Assembly (NCBI GenBank): GCA_934660965.1
Contig: CAKUIM010000007.1
Location: 1,532-65,531 of the forward strand
DNA: 64,000 nucleotides
Direction of reading: 5' to 3'
From: an uncultured Oscillospiraceae bacterium
Lineage (GTDB): Bacteria; Bacillota; Clostridia; Oscillospirales; Oscillospiraceae
The position numbers and the translations under genes are program-made. A model generated the notes under the pieces. That model was not told the origin of the DNA. It saw nothing but the letters and a program-made list of their open reading frames with translations, and searched no databases. Below are positions 29,397-38,610 of the stretch, piece after piece (positions within the stretch are counted from its first letter, which is position 1; each line of letters opens with the position of its first letter).

Positions 29397-30523
29397 TCAA
29401 TGTTCCGCCGGCTCAATCCGGCCCCGGTACCAGCCTGTCTCGCCGCGGCGCTTGGCGATGCACCCCCGGCTGCACCTGCGCACCAGGGCCAGCCGCTCCC
29501 CCGCCGCCACCGGCAGCAGATAGTCGGTGGTGTCCTCGGTGTGGGTCACGCCGTCCCGGCCCTCATAGAGGTACTCATTCAAAATCCACATCTCCCGGCC
29601 GCTGGAAATATGCCGGCACCAGGCGCAGTCCCCCTCCCGGCGCAGCACCTCCACGGCGCTGTCGCTCCAGCGGATGTTCACCGCGTCCCGGCTGGCCTGC
29701 TGGGCGTCCAGCGCCCGCACCACCGGCAGGCCGTCGTAGGCGGTGTAGGTCATCTCATCACCGTTGATGTCCGGGATGATGAGGGCGTTGAGCTGCCCGT
29801 CCAGCTTGAGCACGCACCCGCCGTCGATGGACACAATGTGCCGCTCCCGCTCGATAAGGGGGCTTGCAGTGGGGATGTCCGGGTGATAGAGGGTCACCGG
29901 CCAGTGGCCCACCACCACCCAGCGGCGAAAGCGCAGGCCCTGGCCCAGAAAATCGTCGTTTTTCATGCAGGAGTAGGCATCCAGCTCCTCCAGGCGGTCC
30001 TCCCGGGGGACGCCGCCGTGGACGAACAGATACCGCCCCGCCTCCAGAATGTGGGGCATGCCGTTGAGGAAGGCGCACTCCGCCGGAAAGCGCTCCAGCA
30101 GCGCCTGGCGCAGCGCCGGCAGCTCCTCGGGAGATTTGGGGTGCAGCCCCAGCTCCGCGCCCATCTGGAACACCAGTGAGCGGTCCTCCCAGCAGCGGAA
30201 CACCGGCCACAGCCGCCCGTCCACCCCCGGCCGGCCGCTTAAAAAGGCCACGTCCAGATTGTCGCAGTTGCCGCACAGGGCATACACCGTGTGGCTGCGG
30301 GAGAGCTCCATCACATAGCGCAGCACCCCCAGGCTGTCCTCCCCCTTTTCCAGAAGGTCGCCGATGAGCACCAGCACATCCGCCTTGGAAAACCCGGCCT
30401 TGGCCAGCACCCCCCGAAGGAAGGGGAGGTTTCCGTGAATGTCGCTGATGGCCAGCACCCGGCGGCCCGGGGCAATGTCCGGCCGGATCACCCGGGCGGG
30501 TCTGTATGGGGGTCTTGCAAGCA
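29397..30523 (-). CDS. Calcineurin-like metallophosphoesterase
   Basis: Track ORF 29397..31361 trimmed to MLARPPYRPARVI... Motifs AISDIHGN, LIGDLLEKG, CGNCD, FVHGG. Confidence 0.75.
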
Positions 30524-30647
30524 TGGGGCGTGTCTCCTTCCCGGCATCCGGCGATGCCGCTTCCGTTTCGGCTGCGCTCCGCCTTCCCGGCACGGCGCAT
30601 AATAAGGATATTATAGCACCCGAGCGCCCCCTTTTCCACCGGCAGCG

Positions 30648-30676
30648 GCATATTTTTCCCATTTCCAGCCATACTA
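30648..30676 (+). promoter_or_regulatory. Forespore sigma-G/F-type promoter candidate for spoVAD-spoVAE
   Basis: GCATA, 17 nt, CATACTA, about 30 nt upstream of ATG 30708. This matches the GHATR...CATnnTA pattern known for sigma-G promoters, and spoVA is sigma-G dependent in Bacillus. Confidence 0.45.
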
Positions 30677-30707
30677 AGCCCAAACGCCGCCAGAAGGAGG
30701 GCTTTTT

Positions 30708-31721
30708 ATGGACAACACCAAGCTGGGCGCCCAGACCTTCCGCCCTGCCCTGCCCCCGGTCATCGTGGGCTACGGCTCCGCCGCCGGCAGCAAGGAGAGC
30801 CGGGGGCCGCTGGGCGGCTGCTTTGACCACCAAAGCGAGAACGACACCTTCGGGGAGCAGACCTGGGAGAAGGCGGAGTCCCGGATGCAGCAGCTCGCCC
30901 TGGACGCCGCCCTCAGGCGTGCCGGACTCCACAGCGGCGACCTGGACCTTCACCTGGCCGGCGACCTGCTCAACCAGTGCATCGGCGCCTCCTTCGCCGC
31001 CCGGCAGGTCTGTGCCCCCTTCCTCGGGCTGTACGGCGCCTGCTCCACCATGGGGGAGAGCCTGGGCCTGGCCGCCCTGCTTCTCTCCGGGGGCTGCGGG
31101 CGCTATGCCGCCGCCTCCACCTCCTCCCACTTCTGCTCGGCGGAGCGGCAGTACCGCACCCCCCTGGAATACGGCAGCCAGCGCACCCCCACCGCCCAGT
31201 GGACCGCCACCGCCGCCGGGGCCGTGGTCCTGGCCGCCCGGGGCAGCGGCGTGGCCGTCACCCACGTCACCGTGGGCCGGGTGGTGGACAAGGGCATCCG
31301 GGACGCCAACAACATGGGCGCCGCCATGGCCCCCGCCGCCTACGCAACCCTGGCCGCCCACTTTGCCGACACCGGCCGCTCACCGGAGGATTACGACCTC
31401 ATCCTCACCGGCGACCTGGGGGCCCTGGGCCGGGACATCGTCCTGGATTTCTTCTCCCGGGACGGCATCACGCTGCCGAACTATCAGGACTGCGGCCTGC
31501 TGCTCTTCGACCGCGCCCGGCAGGACGTCCACTGCGGCGCTTCGGGCTGCGGCTGCTCCGCCGCCGTGCTCACCGCAAGCGTTATCCCGGGGCTGCTCTC
31601 AGGCCGGTGGCGGCGCGTCCTGTTCTGCCCCACTGGAGCGCTGCTCTCCCCCACCTCCACCCAGCAGGGGGAGTCCATCCCCGGCGTCGCCCACGCCATC
31701 GCCCTGGAAGGAGGCATGTGA
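30708..31721 (+). CDS. spoVAD: Stage V sporulation protein AD
   Basis: 337 aa, thiolase-like fold. ...VIVGYGSAAGSKESRGPLG..., LYGACST, ...HCGASGCGCSA... Confidence 0.88.
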   Translation: MDNTKLGAQTFRPALPPVIVGYGSAAGSKESRGPLGGCFDHQSENDTFGEQTWEKAESRMQQLALDAALRRAGLHSGDLDLHLAGDLLNQCIGASFAARQVCAPFLGLYGACSTMGESLGLAALLLSGGCGRYAAASTSSHFCSAERQYRTPLEYGSQRTPTAQWTATAAGAVVLAARGSGVAVTHVTVGRVVDKGIRDANNMGAAMAPAAYATLAAHFADTGRSPEDYDLILTGDLGALGRDIVLDFFSRDGITLPNYQDCGLLLFDRARQDVHCGASGCGCSAAVLTASVIPGLLSGRWRRVLFCPTGALLSPTSTQQGESIPGVAHAIALEGGM

Positions 31722-31723
31722 CC

Positions 31724-32080
31724 ATGGAATATCTGCGCGCATTCCTGTGCGGCGGCGCGCTGTGCGTCGTCGGCCAGCTGCTCATCGACAAGACAAGGCT
31801 CACCCCCGCCCGCATTCTGGTGGCCTATGTGGTCTCCGGCGTCGTCCTTGGCGGCACGGGCGTGTACGGGCATCTCGCGGACTGGGCCGGGGCGGGGGCC
31901 ACCGTCCCCCTCACCGGCTTCGGCTATGCCCTGGCCCGGGGCGTCAAAAAGGCGGTGGAGGAAAAGGGTCTGCTGGGCGCCCTCACCGGCGGCGTCACCG
32001 CCACCGCCGGGGGCATCGCCGCCGCCGTGTTCCTGGGCATCCTGGTGGCCATGATCTTCAAGCCCCGCCCCAAGGGGTGA
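31724..32080 (+). CDS. spoVAE: Stage V sporulation protein AE (SpoVAEB-type)
   Basis: 118 aa, MEYLRAFLCGGALCVVGQLLIDKT...VPLTGFGYALARGV... Starts 2 nt after the spoVAD stop. Confidence 0.85.
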   Translation: MEYLRAFLCGGALCVVGQLLIDKTRLTPARILVAYVVSGVVLGGTGVYGHLADWAGAGATVPLTGFGYALARGVKKAVEEKGLLGALTGGVTATAGGIAAAVFLGILVAMIFKPRPKG

Positions 32081-32176
32081 GCCGGGGCCGCCTCAACGCC
32101 GTCCCCTCACTGTCCCGGCACTGTCCCCTTATCTCCGGGGACACCCCAAAACCGTCCCGCGCCCGCTCATCAAAGC

Positions 32177-32216
32177 TGCCGCCGCTGCCCAAGCCGGGCA
32201 GCGGCGGCATTTTTTG
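32177..32216 (+). terminator. Rho-independent terminator after spoVAE
   Basis: TGCCGCCGCTGCCC-AAGCC-GGGCAGCGGCGGCA followed by TTTTTTG. Confidence 0.85.
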
Positions 32217-32298
32217 CTTCCCTTTCCGGAAAAAACGCGGTATACTTTTGCCAGAGCACCGGCGGGGAGCGCCCGCCGCAGAAAGGATGTTATCAATC

Positions 32299-33519
32299 AT
32301 GCGCGCCTATGAACGCCTTTTGAAGTACGCCGCCGTCCACACCGCCTCCGCCGAGGGGCAGGGCGTCACCCCCAGCACCCCCTGCCAGTGGGACCTTGCC
32401 CATATGCTGGTAGAGGAGCTTGCCGCCCTGGGCCTTGAAAACCCCGGCGTGGACGAGAACTGCATCGTCACCGCGTGGCTCCCCGCCACCCCGGGCTGTG
32501 AGAACGCCCCCGCCCTGGGCCTGCTCTCCCATATGGACACCTCCCCCGCCTTCTCCGGCGAGAACGTCCGCCCCATCCTCCACGAGAATTATGACGGCGG
32601 CGATATCGTCCTGCCCAAGGACGGCCGGGTCATCCGGGTCTCCGACTTCCCCTTCCTCTCCGCCCTCAAGGGCCAGACCCTCATCACCGCCGACGGCTCC
32701 ACCCTGCTGGGCGCCGACGACAAGGCGGGCATCGCGGAGATCATGACCCTCTGTCAGGATCTTCTTGCCTCCGGCGCGCCCCACGGCCGGCTGTGCGTCG
32801 CCTTCACCCCCGACGAGGAGATCGGCGAGGGCCCTGACCACTTCGATGTGGCGCGCTTCGGCGCCCGGTACGCCTACACCGTGGACGGCGCCGCCGCCGG
32901 CAGCATCGAGTACGAGAACTTCAACGCCGCCTCCGCCCGGGTGGACATCACCGGCGTGTCCGTCCATCCCGGCTCCGCCAAGGGCATCATGGAGAACGCC
33001 CTGCTCATCGCCATGGAATTGAACGCCCTGCTCCCCGCCGACGCCGTCCCCGGCAAGACCAGCGGCTACGAGGGCTTCTTCCACCTCGACCAGCTCAGCG
33101 GCAGCGTGGCCTCCGCCCGGATGGACTACATCATCCGCGACCACGACATGGAAAAGTTTGAGGCCAAAAAGGCCCTTATCGAGCGTGCTGTCCAGACCGT
33201 TCAGGCTGCCCACCCCACCGCCAGGCTGGAGCTGACCGTCAAGGACAGCTACTACAACATGTCCCGCCAGCTCCAGGGCTGCATGCACCTGGTGGAGAAC
33301 GCCGAAAAGGCCGCCCGCATGGCCGGCGTAGAGCCGGTGGTGGAGCCCATCCGCGGCGGCACCGACGGCGCCCGGCTCTCCTATATGGGCCTTCCCTGCC
33401 CCAACCTGGGCACCGGCGCGGGCAACTTCCACGGCCCCTACGAGCTTGCAAGCGTGGAGCAGATGGACCAGGTGGTGGAGATCCTCAAAAACATCGTCGC
33501 CCTCTACGCCCAGTTCTGA
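32299..33519 (+). CDS. pepT: Peptidase T (tripeptide aminopeptidase, M20B)
   Basis: Track ORF 30439..33519 trimmed to MRAYERLLKYAAVHTASAE... Motifs SHMDTSP, LGADDKAGIAEIM, FTPDEEIG, IRGGTDGARLS, NFHGPYE. Confidence 0.9.
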   Translation: MRAYERLLKYAAVHTASAEGQGVTPSTPCQWDLAHMLVEELAALGLENPGVDENCIVTAWLPATPGCENAPALGLLSHMDTSPAFSGENVRPILHENYDGGDIVLPKDGRVIRVSDFPFLSALKGQTLITADGSTLLGADDKAGIAEIMTLCQDLLASGAPHGRLCVAFTPDEEIGEGPDHFDVARFGARYAYTVDGAAAGSIEYENFNAASARVDITGVSVHPGSAKGIMENALLIAMELNALLPADAVPGKTSGYEGFFHLDQLSGSVASARMDYIIRDHDMEKFEAKKALIERAVQTVQAAHPTARLELTVKDSYYNMSRQLQGCMHLVENAEKAARMAGVEPVVEPIRGGTDGARLSYMGLPCPNLGTGAGNFHGPYELASVEQMDQVVEILKNIVALYAQF

Positions 33520-33528
33520 CCTTCGCCG

Positions 33529-33645
33529 TCAAGCGGACAGCAGGGCCAGCTCCGCCTCCGCCTCGCTGCGGGTGTCCGCTGAAAAGCAGAACTCCCCGTT
33601 CAGATAAACCTCAACATGGCCCCGGACAAACTCGATCTCATACAT
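33529..33645 (-). CDS. Candidate small protein (38 aa), unannotated by the ORF track
   Basis: ATG 33645 is preceded by GGAAAGGGG 10 nt upstream. Translation: MYEIEFVRGHVEVYLNGEFCFSADTRSEAEAELALLSA, ending in TGA. GC-rich third positions like real genes here. No family recognised. Confidence 0.3.
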   Translation of the reverse strand: MYEIEFVRGHVEVYLNGEFCFSADTRSEAEAELALLSA

Positions 33646-33756
33646 GGCGGACACGCCCCTTTCCTGTTTCTGTATGCAGGATACCACACGTGCAGTCCTA
33701 TAAACCGGACTTTCAGCGTCCTGTCCCCATTTTTACCCAAGGAGGAATCACAAACT

Positions 33757-34122
33757 ATGGAAGTCATTCATCACGAGCCCCACGGCCGCGCCAGCCGCAT
33801 TGTAGAGTACAACGGCGTTTTGTATTTCGACATGCACGGTGCCGCCGGCGCCACCGAGCGCCCCATGTCCATGTACGAGCAGGCCACCGTCCTGCTCCAC
33901 CGCTATGACGAACTGCTGGCCCAGTACGGCTCGGACAAGCGCCACATCCTGCGCGCCGAGATCGTCCTGCGCAGCGCTGACGACCTGGACGAATTCAACC
34001 GCGCCTGGACCGAGTGGGTGGAGGACGGCTATCAGCCCGCCCGGGCCACCCACACCGGCTCCGTCCTGCCCGCGGGCATGCTGGTGGGCATCTTCGTCAC
34101 CGCCGCCAAGAAGGACGCCTGA
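33757..34122 (+). CDS. RidA/YjgF-like (endoribonuclease L-PSP fold) family protein
   Basis: Trimmed to MEVIHHEPHGRASRIVEYNGVLYF after AAGGAGGAA. 121 aa, ...ILRAEIVLRSADDLDEFNRAW...PARATHTG... Confidence 0.65.
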   Translation: MEVIHHEPHGRASRIVEYNGVLYFDMHGAAGATERPMSMYEQATVLLHRYDELLAQYGSDKRHILRAEIVLRSADDLDEFNRAWTEWVEDGYQPARATHTGSVLPAGMLVGIFVTAAKKDA

Positions 34123-34140
34123 TTTTCCCCCGCAAATGCC

Positions 34141-34175
34141 AAAAACCGCGCTTCCCAGTGGGAAGCGCGGTTTTT
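34141..34175. terminator. Bidirectional rho-independent terminator
   Basis: AAAAACCGCGCTTCCC-AGT-GGGAAGCGCGGTTTTT between the convergent ridA-like and ymdB genes. Confidence 0.85.
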
Positions 34176-34215
34176 CCTGTCTTTTATGCGGCTCTCGGCG
34201 GTCTCCGCCCGGCCC

Positions 34216-34995
34216 TCATTCCTCCAAATCCAGCCGCTCCGCGCCGGTGCACCGGCCCTTGGCAGTGTCGATGGTAAAGAGCACCGATTCCAGCTTCTGC
34301 GGCCCCGCCGCCGGCTGGAACCGCTGGGGCAGCCCGCCGAGAAAGCGGTTGATGGCCTGCTCCGGCCGGATTCCGATGACCCCCATGGCAGGCCCGGTCA
34401 TGCCAAGGTCGGTGACGTACCCCAGCCCCCCGGGCAGCACCCGGCAGTCCGCCGTGGGCACGTGGGTGTGGGTGCCCCACAGCGCCTGGGCCCGGCCGTC
34501 CAGATACCAGGCCATGGCCTCCTTCTCGCTGGTGGCCTCGGCGTGAAAATCCACCAGCGTCACGTCCGCCCCCTCCCCGGCCAGGATGGCGTCCATGGCG
34601 GTAAAGGGGTTATCAAAGTTGGCGTCCAGCCCGCACCGGCCGATGAGGTTTACCACCCGGATGCGCAGCCCCCGGGGCCCGTCATAAACGCCCCAGCCCC
34701 GGCCCGGAGCCCGTGCGGTGTAGTTGGCTGGCCGGAGGAGGTAGGGATTGTCCTCCATCATGGGTACGATCTGTAATTTATCCCAGGTGTGATTGCCCAG
34801 TGTAATCGCATCGGCGCCGGCGGAGAAGATGTCCTCCGCCTGCCGTGGCAGCAGCCCGTTGGAGGCGGCGTTCTCCCCGTTGACCACCGTAAACCCTGCG
34901 CCGCACATCCTTCGCAGCCCGGGCAGCCTGCGGCAGAGAAAGTCAACGCCTTCCTCCCCCACCACGTCGCCCACGGCCAGCACGCGAAGCTCCAT
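34216..34995 (-). CDS. ymdB: YmdB-family metallophosphoesterase (2',3'-cyclic-nucleotide phosphodiesterase type, TIGR00282-like)
   Basis: MELRVLAVGDVVG..., VVNGENAA.G.G, LGNHTWD, DFHAEATSEK, GTHTHVPTAD, ...DLGMTGP. An alternative start lies 2 codons upstream (35001). Confidence 0.88.
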   Translation of the reverse strand: MELRVLAVGDVVGEEGVDFLCRRLPGLRRMCGAGFTVVNGENAASNGLLPRQAEDIFSAGADAITLGNHTWDKLQIVPMMEDNPYLLRPANYTARAPGRGWGVYDGPRGLRIRVVNLIGRCGLDANFDNPFTAMDAILAGEGADVTLVDFHAEATSEKEAMAWYLDGRAQALWGTHTHVPTADCRVLPGGLGYVTDLGMTGPAMGVIGIRPEQAINRFLGGLPQRFQPAAGPQKLESVLFTIDTAKGRCTGAERLDLEE

Positions 34996-35047
34996 CCTCA
35001 TCCATCCTTTCCATCCGGCCGGGTCCGCATGCGGCCCGTTTCTCCCG

Positions 35048-35761
35048 TCACACGGCGCCGGGCAGCAGCTTATAGCCCCGGTACTCCTGCAAAAGGGCGC
35101 CCATGTTGCTGTAGCCCGTCTTGCGGTAGATGTTGCGCATGTGGGTGCGCACCGTGTTCATAGACACCACCAGCGCGTCCGCCACCCCCTGATAGGTCTT
35201 GCCGGCGAAGAAGAGGTCCACCACCTCAAGCTCCCGCTTGGTCAGGCCGTGCTTCCGGCAGAAGGCCTGCTCCCCCGCCGTTTTCTTCTCCAGATCCCGG
35301 CGGACGTAGTCCTCCAGATGGGCGGACTTCCAGATGGTGCACACCACCAGCTCCAGCTGCCCGTCCCGGCCAAACACCGGTGAGCCCATCACAATGCCCG
35401 TGTCCATCCGTCCGTCCTTCAAAATGGTGCCGATGGACCGCACCCCCCGGCGCTCCCGGATGACCTCCGGCGTCACGCCGCCCTCAAAGAGGTTGTTCTG
35501 CCGCTCCAGCTCCTCCACCGAGCGGCCCACCACCTCCTCCGCCCGGATACCGGTGGCCTCCTCATAGGCGCGGTTTACATAAACCGTCGTCCCCTGGGCG
35601 TCGGCGATGTACACGCCCACGGCCAGATGGTCCAGGATGCGCCGGCAGTCCTGCCCGGCCCGCTCCTGCTCCAGGTCGCTCAGGGCGGCGGCCGCGGCGG
35701 CCTTGTCCTCCCCCTCCGGGAGCCGGCCGATGATCTCGTACAGCTGAGAAATAGGTTCCAT
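35048..35761 (-). CDS. PAS-domain / LuxR-type HTH transcriptional regulator
   Basis: Trimmed to MEPISQLYEI... PAS core ILDHLAVGVYIADAQGTTVYVNRAYEEATGIRAEEVVGRSV. C-terminal LTKRELEVVDLFFAGKTYQGVADALVVSMNTVRTHMRNIYRK. Confidence 0.75.
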   Translation of the reverse strand: MEPISQLYEIIGRLPEGEDKAAAAAALSDLEQERAGQDCRRILDHLAVGVYIADAQGTTVYVNRAYEEATGIRAEEVVGRSVEELERQNNLFEGGVTPEVIRERRGVRSIGTILKDGRMDTGIVMGSPVFGRDGQLELVVCTIWKSAHLEDYVRRDLEKKTAGEQAFCRKHGLTKRELEVVDLFFAGKTYQGVADALVVSMNTVRTHMRNIYRKTGYSNMGALLQEYRGYKLLPGAV

Positions 35762-35927
35762 GGCGCGCGCCCCTTTCTCTTCCGGCCGCCTGCCCGTCGC
35801 CGCGGCCGGTGTGTTCCCGGACAGTATATCACGTCCGCCGCCGCCGCACAAGCGGCAGCTTTCCCGCCGGCCCCGGAAAGACGCATCGCCGGCCCCTTTG
35901 GGGCCGGCGATAGAAAAATTCCTGCGG

Positions 35928-37091
35928 TCAGATCACCCGCAGCCGGATGATGCCGGGGATGGCGCGGATGCCCGCCAGGGCCTCCTCCTCGGCGGCGGCG
36001 CCCAGATCCACCAGGGTATAGGCGTAATCCCCCCGGGACTTGTTGGTCATGTTCTCCACGTTGATGCCGTTTTTGGACAGCTGCAGGGTGATGTTGGCCA
36101 GCATGGCGGGGATGTTCTTGTGAACGATGCACAGCCGCTGCACGCCGGAGCGCTCCATCTCCACGTTGGGGAAGTTGACGGAGTTTTTGATGTTGCCGTT
36201 CTCAAGGTAATCCTTGAGCTGCCGGGCAGCCATCACCGCGCAGTTCTCCTCGCTCTCCGGGGAGGACGCACCCAGATGGGGGATGGCCACCACATTTTTG
36301 GCCAGGGTGATGGTGTTGTCCGGGAAGTCGGTAACATAGCAGGCCGCCTTGCCCGATTCCAGCGCGGCGATCATGGCCTCGTCGTCCACAAGCTCGCCCC
36401 GGGCCAGGTTCAGGATGCGCACCCCGTCCTTCATGGCGGCAAGGGCCTCGGCGTTAACGGTGCCGCGGGTGGCGTCGGTATAGGGCAGGTGGAGGGTCAC
36501 ATAGTCGGCCCGGCGGTAGAGCTCGCCCAGGTCCTTCACCACGTGGACGTGGCGGTCCAGCCGCAGGGCGGTGTCCACCGAGAGATAGGGGTCATAACCG
36601 TAGACCTCCATGCCGAGGGACAGGGCGGCGTTTGCCACCAGCACGCCGATGGCCCCCAGCCCGATGACGCCCAGGGTCTTATGGTAGATCTCCGGCCCCA
36701 CAAAGGCGGACTTGCCCTTTTCCACCGCGGCGGCCACGTCCACCCCGGGGGTCGCGGCCTGCTCCCGCACCCAGTCGGCCCCGCCCAGCACATTGCGGGA
36801 GGCCAGCAGCAGCGCGCAGATGGCAAGCTCCTTCACGGCGTTGGCGTTGGCGCCGGGGGTGTTGAACACCACGATGCCCGCCTGGGCACAGCGCTCCACC
36901 GGGATGTTGTTGGTGCCCGCCCCGGCCCGGGCGATGGCAAGGAGCGACTCCGGGAAGGGATAGTCGTGGAGCTTTGCCGAGCGCACCAGGATGCCGTCCT
37001 CATTATAGAGGTCGCTGCCCGCCCGGTAGTCCGGCCCCAGCACGTCAAGGCCGGCCTGAGCGATGGCATTCATCGTCTTAATCTGAAACAT
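35928..37091 (-). CDS. serA: D-3-phosphoglycerate dehydrogenase (with C-terminal ACT domain)
   Basis: 387 aa. ARAGAGTNNIP, GVIGLGAIGVLVA, ...PHLGASSPESE..., C-terminal ACT-like RLCIVHKNIPAMLANIT. Co-transcribed after serC. Confidence 0.85.
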   Translation of the reverse strand: MFQIKTMNAIAQAGLDVLGPDYRAGSDLYNEDGILVRSAKLHDYPFPESLLAIARAGAGTNNIPVERCAQAGIVVFNTPGANANAVKELAICALLLASRNVLGGADWVREQAATPGVDVAAAVEKGKSAFVGPEIYHKTLGVIGLGAIGVLVANAALSLGMEVYGYDPYLSVDTALRLDRHVHVVKDLGELYRRADYVTLHLPYTDATRGTVNAEALAAMKDGVRILNLARGELVDDEAMIAALESGKAACYVTDFPDNTITLAKNVVAIPHLGASSPESEENCAVMAARQLKDYLENGNIKNSVNFPNVEMERSGVQRLCIVHKNIPAMLANITLQLSKNGINVENMTNKSRGDYAYTLVDLGAAAEEEALAGIRAIPGIIRLRVI

Positions 37092-37106
37092 GTCTCCCGC
37101 CCCCCT

Positions 37107-38192
37107 TCAGTTGGCCTTGTCAAAGGCGCGGATGAAATCGGCCAGCTTTTCAACGCCCTCTACCGGCATGGCGTTGTAGATGGACGCGCGCATGCCGCCC
37201 ACATTCCGGTGGCCCTTGAGGTTGACAAAGCCGGCGGCGGTGGCCTCGGCGACGAATTTGGCGTCCAGCTCGGCATTGCCGGTGCGGAAGGTCACGTTCA
37301 TGTCCGACCGGCTGCCCTTCTCCGCCGGGCAGGTGAAGAGGCGGGAATCGTCCAGCACGTCGTAGAGAAGCGCGGCCTTGCCGTGCTTGAGCTTCTCCAT
37401 GCCCTCAACGCCGCCCTTGCCGTCCAGCCACTCCAGCACCAGGCCCAGCATATAAATGCACCAGCAGGGGGGCGTGTTGTACATGGAGTCCTTGTCGATC
37501 ATGGTCTTGTAGCTCATCATCAGCGGGGTATAGGGCAGCTCGCCGCCGGCCAGATCCTCCCGGACGATGGCGATGGTCAGCCCCGCCGGGGCCAGGTTCT
37601 TCTGGGCGCCGCCGAAGATGATGCCGTACTTGGATACGTCCACCGCCCGGCTCAGGAAATCGGAGGACATGTCGCACACGATGGGCACGTCGCCGGTGTC
37701 GGGGACATACTGCCACTCGGTGCCGTAAATGGTGTTGTTGGCACAGTAGTAGAAATAGCTGGCCTCCGGGTCCAGCTTAAGCTGATCCTGGGCGGGGATA
37801 TAGGTGTGATTGCGGTCCTCGCTGGAGGCGGCCAGATTGATGGTGCCGTACTTCTTGGCCTCTTTATAGGCGATGTTGGCGAAGTTGCCGGTGACGGCGT
37901 AGTCCGCCTTGCCCGTGCGGCCCATCAGGTTCAGGGGCACCATGGAGAACTGGGCGGAGGCGCCCCCCTGCAGGAAGAGCACCCTGTAGTTGTCGGGCAC
38001 GCGGAACAGGCGGATGAAATTCGCCTTGGCGTCCTCAAAAATCTTCTCAAAGACCTTAGATCGGTGGCTCATCTCCATAACAGACATACCGGACCCCTGA
38101 TAATTGGTGATCTCAGACCCGGCACGGGTGAGCACTTCCAGCGGCAGCATGGAAGGGCCAGCGGAAAAATTATAAACGCGATTGGTTCCCAT
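37107..38192 (-). CDS. serC: Phosphoserine aminotransferase
   Basis: 361 aa. VYNFSAGPSMLP, ...FLQGGASAQF..., GAQKNLAPAGLTIAIVRE, NLKGHRNVGGMRASIYNAMP. Confidence 0.92.
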   Translation of the reverse strand: MGTNRVYNFSAGPSMLPLEVLTRAGSEITNYQGSGMSVMEMSHRSKVFEKIFEDAKANFIRLFRVPDNYRVLFLQGGASAQFSMVPLNLMGRTGKADYAVTGNFANIAYKEAKKYGTINLAASSEDRNHTYIPAQDQLKLDPEASYFYYCANNTIYGTEWQYVPDTGDVPIVCDMSSDFLSRAVDVSKYGIIFGGAQKNLAPAGLTIAIVREDLAGGELPYTPLMMSYKTMIDKDSMYNTPPCWCIYMLGLVLEWLDGKGGVEGMEKLKHGKAALLYDVLDDSRLFTCPAEKGSRSDMNVTFRTGNAELDAKFVAEATAAGFVNLKGHRNVGGMRASIYNAMPVEGVEKLADFIRAFDKAN

Positions 38193-38257
38193 GAGTCATA
38201 CTCCTCTCTTTCGGTCTTTTGGTTTAGTTTAATAGCGCTTTAGTGCGCTGTAACCTT

Positions 38258-38287
38258 ATTATATGGGCCCCATCCAGTTTCTGTCAA
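38258..38287 (-). promoter_or_regulatory. Sigma-A type promoter for serC-serA
   Basis: Minus strand: TTGACA, 18 nt, TATAAT, about 65 nt upstream of ATG 38192. Confidence 0.55.
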
Positions 38288-38610
38288 TGCCATTATCCTC
38301 CTGAAATCCGTCATGACCCATACGCATTTTTGGTGATGTTTCCTCTTTTCTCCGGGCCCGCCTGCCTGATTTTGCAGGATTCGGCGGCCCATCCGTCTTT
38401 TTCCCGCCTTCCGCGCCCTCCGCCGGGTGCTTTCCCCATCTCTTTTCCCGGGCAGCGCCCGCCGGGCGTGCCCCGGTTTTGGTCCTTTTCACGTGGCCCC
38501 GCGCGGCGCGGGGCGACAACTTCTCCGCCTGTGCCACTTGTTTTTTCCGGGCCGTTCCTTTAATATAGTAGTATATTCGGCGCCTGCGGGCGCTTACAGG
38601 AGGCGTTACT

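Noticed and set aside
30439-33519. 1026-aa plus-strand ORF suggesting a giant protein. Analogous over-long ORFs are 29397..31361, 16050..18962, 23829..25526, 10871..12199 and 60185..61738.
   Set aside because: Only the C-terminal parts look like real proteins (here PepT from ATG 32299, with an RBS). The upstream parts overlap other well-supported genes in different frames or strands and are Pro/Arg/Ala-rich nonsense. All were trimmed to internal starts with Shine-Dalgarno support.
38193-38610. T-box or other riboswitch leader upstream of serC
   Set aside because: A good sigma-A promoter lies only ~65 nt from the serC start, leaving too short a leader. I could not find the T-box consensus (…GGTGGTACCGCG-like) or a specifier/terminator-antiterminator arrangement on the minus strand.
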